Shown: positions 11,380-22,162, counted from the first letter of the whole stretch. The stretch is 63,963 bases of DNA, filler included, from Octopus bimaculoides (GCF_001194135.2; 6 parts of 5 records of this genome joined end to end with filler, not necessarily neighbours in it); one strand, 5' to 3'. Notes: generated from the letters alone by a model not told the origin. Translations and numbers: made by a program.

Positions 11380-12000
11380 NNNNNNNNNNNNNNNNNNNNN
11401 NNNNNNNNNNNNNNNNNNNNNNNNNNNNNNNNNNNNNNNNNNNNNNNNNNNNNNNNNNNNNNNNNNNNNNNNNNNNNNNNNNNNNNNNNNNNNNNNNNNN
11501 NNNNNNNNNNNNNNNNNNNNNNNNNNNNNNNNNNNNNNNNNNNNNNNNNNNNNNNNNNNNNNNNNNNNNNNNNNNNNNNNNNNNNNNNNNNNNNNNNNNN
11601 NNNNNNNNNNNNNNNNNNNNNNNNNNNNNNNNNNNNNNNNNNNNNNNNNNNNNNNNNNNNNNNNNNNNNNNNNNNNNNNNNNNNNNNNNNNNNNNNNNNN
11701 NNNNNNNNNNNNNNNNNNNNNNNNNNNNNNNNNNNNNNNNNNNNNNNNNNNNNNNNNNNNNNNNNNNNNNNNNNNNNNNNNNNNNNNNNNNNNNNNNATG
11801 TATATGTATGTATATACATATACATCACAGGCTTCTCCCAGACTCCGTCTACTAAATCCACTAACAAAGCTTTGATTAACCCGAGAAGCTATAGTAGAAG
11901 ACATTTGCCAAAGGTGCCACGCAGCGGGACTGAACCTGGAACCATGCGGTTCGGAAGCAAGCTTGTAACTACACACCAACATCTGCGCCTCCACACAGCC
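11130..12000 (-). mobile_element. SINE family A copy interrupted by an internal microsatellite and gap
   Basis: Tail at 11130-11340 and head at 11826-11995 (gaagacatttgccaaaggtgccacgcagcgggactgaacc). Confidence 0.85.
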
Positions 12001-12177
12001 ACATATATGTATACATACATAGACACTTTAAGAAAACTGCTTTTATTTTCCATGCTGTAATCTAATTTTTTAACAACAAAACAGCTCTGAAGCGGCTGTA
12101 GCAAACCTTAATATAATTGTGTTCTTTATTTATGTAAAGTAAATACCTGGATCCCTATGCTGGATCTCTAACTTAAA

Positions 12178-12213
12178 TTCATACTTACAAGGTGCTTTCC
12201 TTGTAAGTATGAA
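12178..12213. other. Perfect 15-bp hairpin containing a consensus 5' splice site and its U1-like complement
   Basis: TTCATACTTACAAGG-TGCTTT-CCTTGTAAGTATGAA. Confidence 0.9.
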
Positions 12214-12242
12214 GCCTGAACTCAGGATCGCGTACATCCTAA
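12189..12242 (-). CDS. Candidate 54-nt internal exon (RMYAILSSGFILTRKAP), unknown gene
   Basis: Acceptor gtcgtccttctcttcccag| and donor ctt|gtaagtatg. One open frame; length is a multiple of 3. Confidence 0.3.
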
Positions 12243-12978
12243 CTGGGAAGAGAAGGACGACACCTAGGTTGCAGTTGTTGTATTGAGCACTGATAGTGAG
12301 TGTAATAAAGCAGTCGGACACAATATTTGCACTGAAGAATACACCCTGAATTCGTACCATTTTGTTTGGTTTCTGTTTTTTTTTTTCTCTGTATGTTGTA
12401 ATGAAACATGAAGAAAGCTTAAATAATGGAAAAGCAATGTAAATCATTCAGCACAATGCAATCTATAGATAAATAATAAGTAATATTTTTTTTTTAGATT
12501 CTGCATAAGAAACTCGTTGAAGATTATGATTTGGGGGGAAATACAAGTTGAAAAATGGCATACAGAAGCCTATAAATATTTTATAATCCTGCTTTCTAAT
12601 AAAAATTATTGAATTATTCAATGCTGCTAGAAAAATCATGAATAATATATGTAGTCTTAATGAAAACTAGATTAATTTAGAATAATTCGAATCAAGAAAT
12701 GCATAATGAGCTTTCACACTAATTATACCGTCTTGATAAAAGAATTGGCAACACCTTCTAACGTGGAACAGGACACAAAATTATGAAGAAATGTCTATAA
12801 ACTACGCACAAAAGGTCCGTATGAAAGCCAAGGAAGAACTTACAAGATAGGAAATAAAACCAAATAGTGCACTAAAACAATGTTATAAGCATTTAGTACG
12901 TATGCAATCAAGTATGTTCGTGTAAAAACACTATATTTCAGAACAATTAAATACAGATAAAAATATAATCGACTACAT

Positions 12979-13018
<40 letters not shown>

Positions 13019-13469
13019 ACACAAACACACACACACACAAGTACATATTAGAAACACTTTTGCATGTTTACACATATACGTGGGTGCATAGTTATACCCA
13101 TGCAAAATGCCGCAATATCCGAGCATGAGGTTGTTTTACCCGTAACCGGATTCGCCCAGATTTCCATCGGCTGCTTCTGTGTTCATTACGATGCCCCCCT
13201 ACACAACTGGGCATCGTAAAATCGCTTCGCCAATGATTGTGGAAGCCAAAATTTGGGGCCTAAAAAGACTTGCATAGCACCTCATAGAACTTCTCCAATC
13301 TACAGACATATTCGAGAAATGAGTACTCATTTACAAGATATTGGAATATACCTTACACCCAGTGGCCCACCAGCCCACCGGACACCAAACTTTAATTTCT
13401 GAGGCTCCGTGCTATTGCTACAAAGACTTAGACCCTACAGTAGGATCAATGTTTTTCTTTTTTTTACAG

Positions 13470-13514
13470 GCCTTCGTATGTGTCCTTCTGGGTTTCTACC
13501 AACTATCCTCGCAG
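13470..13514 (+). CDS. Candidate 45-nt phase-0 exon (AFVCVLLGFYQLSSQ), unknown gene
   Basis: Acceptor tttttcttttttttacag| and donor gcag|gtaaga. Open frame; length is a multiple of 3. Confidence 0.4.
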
Positions 13515-13717
13515 GTAAGACTAGTGGGGGTGGTGGTTTAGTCACAGAAAATACGACTAAACAATATTACCGTATTACCAGTAGGTCCATGTTATAAGTA
13601 TCACTCATGAAATAATTNNNNNNNNNNNNNNNNNNNNNNNNNNNNNNNNNNNNNNNNNNNNTTAATTAATTAANNNNNNNNNNNNNNNNNNNNNNNNNNN
13701 NNNNNNNNNNNNNNNNN

Positions 13718-14135
13718 ATCTGTCAAGACCTACCAAAAACTGAGCAAATATATAGATCTTGAAATAGAAATTAGCAAAATGTGGAATCTGAAGACGAAAA
13801 CAATACCTATTGTCATAGGTGCCCTGGGAATGACAGCGAAACGGGCTGATTACTACCTAGCTCAGATACCAGGAAACCCCAAAATGGCTGAAGTTCAAAA
13901 GATAGTGCTCATGGGAACTGCCCATATCATACGTAAAATACTGTCTATGTGATCTCAAATTTTAAAACAAACACATAATTTTCTTATGGTTTCTTAAACA
14001 TTCACTAGAACGAAACTGTACAAATCCAAATATATGGTACCCTAGGCAAAACACCTACATGAACTTCTAACTTGTTGTCTCTTGAGGTCTCTGGGTGAGA
14101 CTTGGATCCAACTTGTACAAGTCAAACATAAAATA
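13718..14135 (+). mobile_element. 3' end of a Dong/R4-clade non-LTR retrotransposon (restriction-like endonuclease C-terminus + 3' UTR)
   Basis: QKLSKYIDLEIEISKMWNLKTKTIPIVIGALG..VQKIVLMGTAHIIRKILSM*. Ends in (AAT)n. Confidence 0.85.
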
Positions 14136-14157
14136 ATAATAATAATAATAATAATAA

Positions 14158-14365
14158 TTACTATTCTTTCTACTGAGGGCACAAGGCCTGAAATTTGTTG
14201 GAAGGGGATTAGTCGATTAAATCGACCCCAGTGTTTTACTGGTTTATTGACCCCGAAAGAATGAAAGGCAAAGTCGATCTCAGCAGAATTTGAACACAGA
14301 ACGATAAGGCGGATGTAATGTCGCAAAGCATTTTGCTCAGCGTACTAACGATTCTGCCAGCTCGC
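14158..14365 (-). mobile_element. SINE family C copy (others at ~28700-28850 +, 45820-45945 -, 46840-47065 +, 50019-50190 +)
   Basis: Shared sequence gagctggcagaatcgttag..gttctgagttcaaattc..gactttgcctttcatcctttcggggtc. Confidence 0.8.
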
Positions 14366-14458
14366 TGGTTTAGAAGAGCAACAAAGATAATAATGATAAT
14401 AATAAAATAGTAACGGCATTGATGGTGTTCATAATGATGATGATGATCATAATAATAA

Positions 14459-14841
14459 CTAGAAAAGCACTCGGAAAGCGCAGACCTCCGCCAAGCAGCT
14501 CATTTTAAGATAGATACGCGCGTAAAATTACTAATAGAGAAACGAAATAAACTTTGGAAACAGCAACGCCATCATAGGTTACGTGGAAACGATGAACGTG
14601 TTTTCAAGGGAGATAATCAAAGAACGTAACATTGTGATACTTCATGTAAAGTAAATATAACAAGTGAAAAAGCCTTCAAGAATCCATAAAAATTTCCAGA
14701 TCACTACCAAAATTTCATCATCTGTTCCTTGGCAAGTTTCATCAAATGCCGTTCACAACATTTTGAGCTATTTTGCACACAGACGGACAGCCGGACAAAA
14801 CAGCGCCGATGAAAACATAACCTCCTTCCTTGGTGGAGGTA
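14459..14841 (-). mobile_element. Non-autonomous Helentron/Helitron2-type element (HINE-like)
   Basis: Sub-TIRs ACCTCCGCCAAG (14484-14495) and CTTGGTGGAGGT (14829-14840). Hairpin ACCTCC..GGAGGT at the 5' end. 3' hairpin GCGCT(TTCCG)AGTGC followed by TTTTCTAG on the - strand. T-rich flanks. Confidence 0.75.
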
Positions 14842-14902
<61 letters not shown>

Positions 14903-14904
<2 letters not shown>

Positions 14905-16030
14905 GGCTACAGCTACAGCTACAACATCCTTAACTGGACACTAAACGAACTATGTAAAATAGACAGGAAAACAAGAAAAATAATGACNNNNNNNNNNNNN
15001 NNNNNNNNNNNNNNNNNNNNNNNNNNNNNNNNNNNNNNNNNNNNNNNNNNNNNNNNNNNNNNNNNNNNNNNNNNNNNNNNNNNNNNNNNNNNNNNNNNNN
15101 NNNNNNNNNNNNNNNNNNNNNNNNNNNNNNNNNNNNNNNNNNNNNNNNNNNNNNNNNNNNNNNNNNNNNNNNNNNNNNNNNNNNNNNNNNNNNNNNNNNN
15201 NNNNNNNNNNNNNNNNNNNNNNNNNNNNNNNNNNNNNNNNNNNNNNNNNNNNNNNNNNNNNNNNNNNNNNNNNNNNNNNNNNNNNNNNNNNNNNNNNNNN
15301 NNNNNNNNNNNNNNNNNNNNNNNNNNNNNNNNNNNNNNNNNNNNNNNNNNNNNNNNNNNNNNNNNNNNNNNNNNNNNNNNNNNNNNNNNNNNNNNNNNNN
15401 NNNNNNNNNNNNNNNNNNNNNNNNNNNNNNNNNNNNNNNNNNNNNNNNNNNNNNNNNNNNNNNNNNNNNNNNNNNNNNNNNNNNNNNNNNNNNNNNNNNN
15501 NNNNNNNNNNNNNNNNNNNNNNNNNNNNNNNNNNNNNNNNNNNNNNNNNNNNNNNNNNNNNNNNNNNNNNNNNNNNNNNNNNNNNNNNNNNNNNNNNNNN
15601 NNNNNNNNNNNNNNNNNNNNNNNNNNNNNNNNNNNNNNNNNNNNNNNNNNNNNNNNNNNNNNNNNNNNNNNNNNNNNNNNNNNNNNNNNNNNNNNNNNNN
15701 NNNNNNNNNNNNNNNNNNNNNNNNNATAACTCGAATGTGGAATCTAAAAACAGAAACAATTCCTATCATAGTAGGTGCCTTAGGTATAATAAAAAAATAT
15801 TCAGACAAATACATAACAAAAATACCTGGACTTACAAATATATATAACATACAGAAAATTGCACTGCTGGGCACTGCACACATTCTACGCAAAACACTTT
15901 CAATACAGTAAACATAAGAGCACCACAGCAAACCACAGCACATACCCAAGGCGCACAGAGCTGCGCTCGGTAGTGAAGTGAAAGCACGTTATAAAAATAA
16001 AACTACTGAACAATAATAATAATAATAAAC
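14903..16030 (+). mobile_element. 5'-truncated Dong/R4 LINE flanked by (AAT)n on both sides; middle lies in a gap
   Basis: YSYNILNWTLNELCKIDRKTRKIM ... RMWNLKTETIPIIVGALG..IQKIALLGTAHILRKTLSIQ*. The 3' UTR is shared with the 43276-43390 copy. Confidence 0.85.
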
Positions 16031-16730
16031 CCAATCTGTTGCAGTATCTAGTCCTGTATTTTGATGGAAATGCTGGGATCTTTGGTACTATGCAGTAGTG
16101 CCCCATTCTGCTATTTGCGTAACTTTCAATGCCAAACTTTGGTACAAGGCCTTCTAAGATTTTCCAGATGTATATCACTGAATATCTTGGCCGCCTTCGT
16201 TCTAGGGAGAAGATCTTTAATTCTTTCAGTCTTTCCCAGTAGCTGATACGTTGTATTCAGACGATTTTCTTAGTGTAGCTTCGTTGGATTGCTTCATGTT
16301 CCGCTGTAAATTTTATATTGTGTGGTGACCATAGTTGAGAGCAGTAGTTAGGAGTGGCTGAGGACGTATATCCTCCAAAGGATCATCAGCATCTGCCTTT
16401 TCTCTTGTTTTGAAAGTTCGGAGAATCCATCCAACCAACCGTCTGCATTTTATTACCAAATTGGTAATATGCACTTGGAAAGAGGCATCATTGCTCATGT
16501 CCGTGCCCAGGTCACGCACTGATTTTGATTCAGGGATTTCAATTCATCCCAGGACGGTGTATCCTGTCAACATGTCGTTTAGCTTTGTGTGTTGGTAGCA
16601 CAGAGCCTGGAATTTTCCTGCATTAAACTGCATGTTGTTGTCCTCAGCCCACCTGTATATTGCGTCCAACTTCCGTTGCAAATGTGCAATATTTCCAGGA
16701 TTTTGTATCATCTGCATAGCTAGCAAGGAT
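16030..16730 (-). mobile_element. CR1/L2-group LINE RT C-terminal fragment, decayed
   Basis: LQRKLDAIYRWAEDNNMQFNAGKFQAL..RDLG..MSNDASFQVHI..GWILRTFKTR..MIYIWKILEGLVP. Confidence 0.8.
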
Positions 16731-17096
16731 ATATATATANNNNNNNNNNNNNNNNNNNNNNNNNNNNNNNNNNNNNNNNNNNNNNNNNNNNNNNNNNNNN
16801 NNNNNNNNNNNNNNNNNNNNNNNNNNNNNNNNNNNNNNNNNNNNNNNNNNNNNNNNNNNNNNNNNNNNNNNNNNNNNNNNNNNNNNNNNNNNNNNNNNNN
16901 NNNNNNNNNNNNNNNNNNNNNNNNNNNNNNNNNNNNNNNNNNNNNNNNNNNNNNNNNNNNNNNNNNNNNNNNNNNNNNNNNNNNNNNNNNNNNNNNNNNN
17001 NNNNNACGATAAACATAAACAAACAAATGAAGTTTGCTTTTAGAACCGTTGAGATGTCTTAGAAAGTTAAAGAATTGATTTTTAAATTCTCAAACG

Positions 17097-17318
17097 CAGG
17101 ATAATGCTAATAGTATAGCCTGAACAGGATAAGCTACCCCTATTTTGCAGAAAAAAGTGTTGGCGGCCAACTGGGCAGTTTAGCTTAATCGGTCTAAGAG
17201 CACTGCGACGCGTAATCACGGAGGTGTGAGTTCGAGTCTTATAGCTGGCCGCCAACACTTTTTTCTGCAAAATAGGGGTAGCTTATCCTGTTCAGGCTAT
17301 ATTATTAGCATTATCCTG
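17097..17318. repeat. 76-bp inverted repeat (17097-17172 / 17243-17318, 2 mismatches) around a 70-nt loop; degenerate extension to TTTAAA at 17081 and 17333
   Basis: caggataatgctaatagtatagcctgaacaggataagctacccctattttgcagaaaaaagtgttggcggccaact is the reverse complement of agctggccgccaacacttttttctgcaaaataggggtagcttatcctgttcaggctatattattagcattatcctg. Confidence 0.95.
17173..17254 (+). tRNA. tRNA-like cloverleaf (Thr-CGU-like anticodon, G at position 33); probably a pseudogene or SINE head
   Basis: Acceptor GGGCAGTT/AGCTGGCC, D stem GCTT/GAGC, anticodon stem CTGCGA/TCACGG with loop CGCGTAA, T arm GTGAG-TTCGAGT-CTTAT, end G-CCA. T6 tract at 17259-17264. Confidence 0.55.
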
Positions 17319-17340
17319 TTTGTGACTTTAAATATATATA

Positions 17341-17440
17341 TATATGGTCTGATCAATAAGTATCTGGACTGTTACCATGTTAACGAAGTTAAAGCATGCA
17401 GAGTGAAGCCGTTTGGTACAGATTGACCTTGAACTCTGCT
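17341..17440. mobile_element. Solo terminal fragment of the same mariner family as 3671-4564
   Basis: tatatggtctgatcaataagtatctggactgttaccatgttaac..gcagagtgaagccg matches the TIR at 3671. Confidence 0.7.
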
Positions 17441-17526
17441 GTTCAAATGTATAGAAAACAAAAGACAACAACTAAGCGAACAACACGCAGAGGCATTAGT
17501 TTGACGCTCGGGAAGAAAGGAAAAGT

Positions 17527-17563
17527 CTTTGACTTTTCGAGCCCACGCTCGCCGACAGAAAAG
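17527..17563 (-). ncRNA. Variant minimal hammerhead motif within an interspersed repeat (~17445-17640)
   Basis: CUUUU-CUGUCGG-C-GAGC(GUGG)GCUC-GAAA-AG-UC-AAAG. Confidence 0.45.
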
Positions 17564-18720
17564 AGTGAAAGGGAAAAAATGGGGAGAGAAAGAAAGAAAC
17601 GGAGAGAGAAAAAATGTGTCAGGAGTAACGGTTTAACATAATGAAGACATTGGAAAAAGAGGCTGAGTACAGGGGAGATAATAACAGTGATCCAGTTAAA
17701 CATACACACACACACGCACACACACACACACACACATACACACACATATATATATACAGTGAACCTATTAAATCTACCAATTTGTACCTCACCATTACTG
17801 AATGTATAAAGCATTCTTTGCTGTTGGCCAAAGATGGAACTTTATGAATCAAATTAAACACCAGTGTTTTGTTTTTCCCCAAGTAGAACGTCATCAGCAT
17901 GGTATACGATTTCTTCAGTTTAGAACCTCCCCCCACTCTACAGAATAAAACATTCAAACACCTCCTCAAATAATTAAGAGAGATTTGGCTGTTATTTCTA
18001 AAATGTGAAGAGACTCCTTAATAGTATTCATACACACTCCCCAGCTTATAGTTTGCCTCTAAGGAACATTTATCCTTGCGCTGTACTACTGCTACTACAA
18101 CTTTCATGATGGAATAATCGAGTTCATGTCTAATTGCTGTGCAGAGCGTAAAATAGCGACAATTTCTTGACGATTCTTCATGGATTTAGAAAAAAATATA
18201 TTAGAAGAAACCATTATCGTATTTTACATTACATAAAAGGAAAAAAAAAGAAGAAATCAAGGCTAAAACAAAAATGGATAGAAAATCTTTACTTATCAAT
18301 ACAACTATCTTACTTATAATTATTCATAAAAAATAAATGACTAAAAAAGTGGAGAAAAAACTTTTAGTTAAGTCACGGAAGCTATTATCAAACGCCATCA
18401 GAACGAGTTGTGTCAGGCTTTTAATAATGTTGAAAATAAATCTTCCTAAAATACTCAAAGTACACACACACACACACACACACANNNNNNNNNNNNNNNN
18501 NNNNNNNNNNNNNNNNNNNNNNNNNNNNNNNNNNNNNNNNNNNNNNNNNNNNNNNNNNNNNNNNNNNNNNNNNNNNNNNNNNNNNNNNNNNNNNNNNNNN
18601 NNNNNNNNNNNNNNNNNNNNNNNNNNNNNNNNNNNNNNNNNNNNNNNNNNNNNNNNNNNNNNNNNNNNNNNNNNNNNNNNNNNNNNNNNNNNNNNNNNNN
18701 NNNNNNNNNNNNNNNNNNNN

Positions 18721-18754
<34 letters not shown>

Positions 18755-18767
18755 TGTATACATGTCA

Positions 18768-18817
<50 letters not shown>

Positions 18818-18893
18818 GTGTATATATGTACATTACGTGAATATGTATGCATGTATGTATGTATATATATTTATATACACACACACACATATA

Positions 18894-18929
<36 letters not shown>

Positions 18930-21457
18930 TGTATGTATACCTCTCTCTATATATACACACACATACATATATGTAAACTTAGTGATTCTTTTGAAACTTG
19001 CTTGATATATTTTATACACTTAAACATCTGGTCTTGGAGATATCTTCTTAAATGTATGTTGTATTTTCCCGTGTACGCACACGTACACACACAAACGCAC
19101 ACAAACACACACACATATGCATATATGCATTAGCCATATATATCTACTTGTACAGATTTGTACCTATGCAGTACGTATGTATCTCGTATATATATATATA
19201 TATATATATATNNNNNNNNNNNNNNNNNNNNNNNNNNNNNNNNNNNNNNNNNNNNNNNNNNNNNNNNNNNNNNNNNNNNNNNNNNNNNNNNNNNNNNNNN
19301 NNNNNNNNNNNNNNNNNNNNNNNNNNNNNNNNNNNNNNNNNNNNNNNNNNNNNNNNNNNNNNNNNNNNNNNNNNNNNNNNNNNNNNNNNNNNNNNNNNNN
19401 NNNNNNNNNNNNNNNNNNNNNNNNNNNNNNNNNNNNNNNNNNNNNNNNNNNNNNNNNNNNNNNNNNNNNNNNNNNNNNNNNNNNNNNNNNNNNNNNNNNN
19501 NNNNNNNNNNNNNNNNNNNNNNNNNNNNNNNNNNNNNNNNNNNNNNNNNNNNNNNNNNNNNNNCTCAACGATGAACTTATGGAGAAATAGCTTGAATTGT
19601 CTAATGAATAAATACACACTTGGCTCAGATGAGAAAATATATCGGCTCAAAAAAGAAAACTTAAAATTGAGCATATAATTATCTCCCTTTTGTTTGTCTG
19701 TACATATGCATACATATTTATATTTGTATGTAATAGGTATACATGTGTGTATATATATGTATAATATATATGTATATATATACACATACACACACACACA
19801 TTCACACTCATGTATAAAACACACTGAAGCGTTGAAAAAGCTTTCCTTATTTTCTGTTTTCCGTTTCATCGTCGCTTCCGGTAATTCGGCATGACATCCA
19901 TTAGAGAATGCATTAACGCCTGTCTACTTAGTGAACTGTGAGCAAAAATCAACGGCTTAAAGAATGTTAGAATTTAAAAACTCGAATACATTATGTATGA
20001 ATGTACGTATGTATATCATTTTGTTTTATTTCTAGATTTCTTGCCAATGGGGAAAATCGGTTTCTAACCTTTACTTAGGTACAAAGTATAAAAAGGGATT
20101 AATAATCCTGGCGAAAGTCTTATAAGCATTCTACAGAGATGTAGCTTGGTTAACTAAATCGCTCATTGGAAGCTGCTTTAATCCACATAGATCATAAATG
20201 TACATTCCATTGCCTGTCCAATTTGTAAATCCGAAGTTCAAACAACAAATAAATTCAGTATATGGCCTCAGAGCAGAGAAGAAAAATATCATGTATTAAT
20301 CTTTTTAGCTAGCTCAAAGAGTAGTTACTTCTATGTTGTAGAATTTATTGCTTGTATTTCATATTTTTCAGTAATATTTATTCGCACTAAATCAATGAAT
20401 AACAATAGTTGGAAATGATGCATCAAAGACTTGAAAAAGAAATATATTCAGTTGATAATATAAACCGGTGATACATTCATCACTTTTGGTTAGGAAGTAA
20501 ACAGACAAGCTAATTACATCCCTTGGAGTTATCTCACCGGTAAGATGTCACCGATAAAATTTCCTCCCTATGTAAAGCCTAATTGTAGCTCATCAACTTT
20601 CATTACTTTTCTAATCAATGATTGTCAAAATTCTGAAACTTTAAAACTTCATATATCTAAAAATAATACACACACACACGCACACACACANNNNNNNNNN
20701 NNNNNNNNNNNNNNNNNNNNNNNNNNNNNNNNNNNNNNNNNNNNNNNNNNNNNNNNNNNNNNNNNNNNNNNNNNNNNNNNNNNNNNNNNNNNNNNNNNNN
20801 NNNNNNNNNNNNNNNNNNNNNNNNNNNNNNNNNNNNNNNNNNNNNNNNNNNNNNNNNNNNNNNNNNNNNNNNNNNNNNNNNNNNNNNNNNNNNNNNNNNN
20901 NNNNNNNNNNNNNNNNNNNNNNNNNNNNNNNNNNNNNNNNNNNNNNNNNNNNNNNNNNNNNNNNNNNNNNNNNNNNNNNNNNNNNNNNNNNNNNNNNNNN
21001 NNNNNNNNNNNNNNNNNNNNNNNNNNNNNNNNNNNNNNNNNNNNNNNNNNNNNNNNNNNNNNNNNNNNNNNNNNNNNNNNNNNNNNNNNNNNNNNNNNNN
21101 NNNNNNNNNNNNNNNNNNNNNNNNNNNNNNNNNNNNNNNNNNNNNNNNNNNNNNNNNNNNNNNNNNNNNNNNNNNNNNNNNNNNNNNNNNNNNNNNNNNN
21201 NNNNNNNNNNNNNNNNNNNNNNNNNNNNNNNNNNNNNNNNNNNNNNNNNNNNNNNNNNNNNNNNNNNNNNNNNNNNNNNNNNNNNNNNNNNNNNNNNNNN
21301 NNNNNNNNNNNNNNNNNNNNNNNNNNNNNNNNNNNNNNNNNNATATATATATATATATATATAAGACCTCAATTTCTCTAATGCTGTAGTTAACGCATAT
21401 GAATGAAAACATACATTAACAGAGACCATGATCGTCCCAAAAATGCTGATCGAGAAT

Positions 21458-21510
21458 TCTTAATACTGACGCGCCAGTTTCGGCAGTTTTCCTTGCTTCA
21501 TCAGTTAAGA
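21458..21510 (-). ncRNA. Type I hammerhead ribozyme, essentially canonical
   Basis: UCUUAA-CUGAUGA-AGCA(AGGAAAAC)UGCC-GAAA-CUG(GCGCGU)CAG-UA^-UUAAGA. 6-bp stem I, 4-bp stem III and a GUA site; the only deviation is an A10.1-C11.1 mismatch. Confidence 0.85.
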
Positions 21511-21568
21511 CCATCAGTTAAGACCATCAGTTAAGACCATCAGTTAAGACCATCAGTTAAGACCATCA
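21499..21568. repeat. 13-bp tandem repeat (CATCAGTTAAGAC) x5.4
   Basis: Identical units at 21499, 21512, 21525, 21538 and 21551, plus a partial unit. Confidence 0.98.
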
Positions 21569-22129
21569 AAAAGGAGAATTACAAATGTATATACACAAGT
21601 CTAGTTGGCAAATAAAAGAAGAAGTACTCTGTAGACTGACTCAGGTTAGTGGATTAGCATAAGAGACCAACCACCCAAGCCACTATGACTCCTTGGCTAA
21701 TATGTATGCATATATGTATATATAGACATAAATGTACTTATCATATGTACACGCATATGCATAATACATACGTATATATATGTTTATATACACACACATA
21801 TATATATATGTATATGTGTATATATATGTATATGTATGGGTGACTTACAAACGTGAGAATGATATAATTATAAGCAGTCTTACGAGAGATTAGAATACAC
21901 AATATCTGATTTAATCTCTCTCTGGGATTCAATGGAATCATTTATTTGTTGGCATCATACGAAATGGAAATTAGAGCATTGGCCAGATATGCACGACGAT
22001 AACACAGTCCAAGAATACACACGCGCCCACACACGCACACATACGCACACACACACACATACACACACAACCGCACGCATGCATGCACGTACATACACAA
22101 ACGCACGCATCCATGCACGTACACACACT

Positions 22130-22162
<33 letters not shown>

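Noticed and set aside
13662-13673. TTAATTAATTAA islands inside N runs (also 24277, 36274, 57627, 62837)
   Set aside because: The first is 44 N + 12 nt + 44 N = 100 bp and the others look the same. The motif gives stops in all six frames. This is an artificial scaffold spacer, not biology.
17173-17254. Functional tRNA-Thr or tRNA-Sec gene
   Set aside because: G33 instead of U33, mismatches in the acceptor and anticodon stems, no UCA anticodon or long variable arm. Kept only as tRNA-like.
21499-21568. 13-bp array as a CRISPR-like array
   Set aside because: There are no spacers, the unit is too short, the context is eukaryotic and no cas genes are present.
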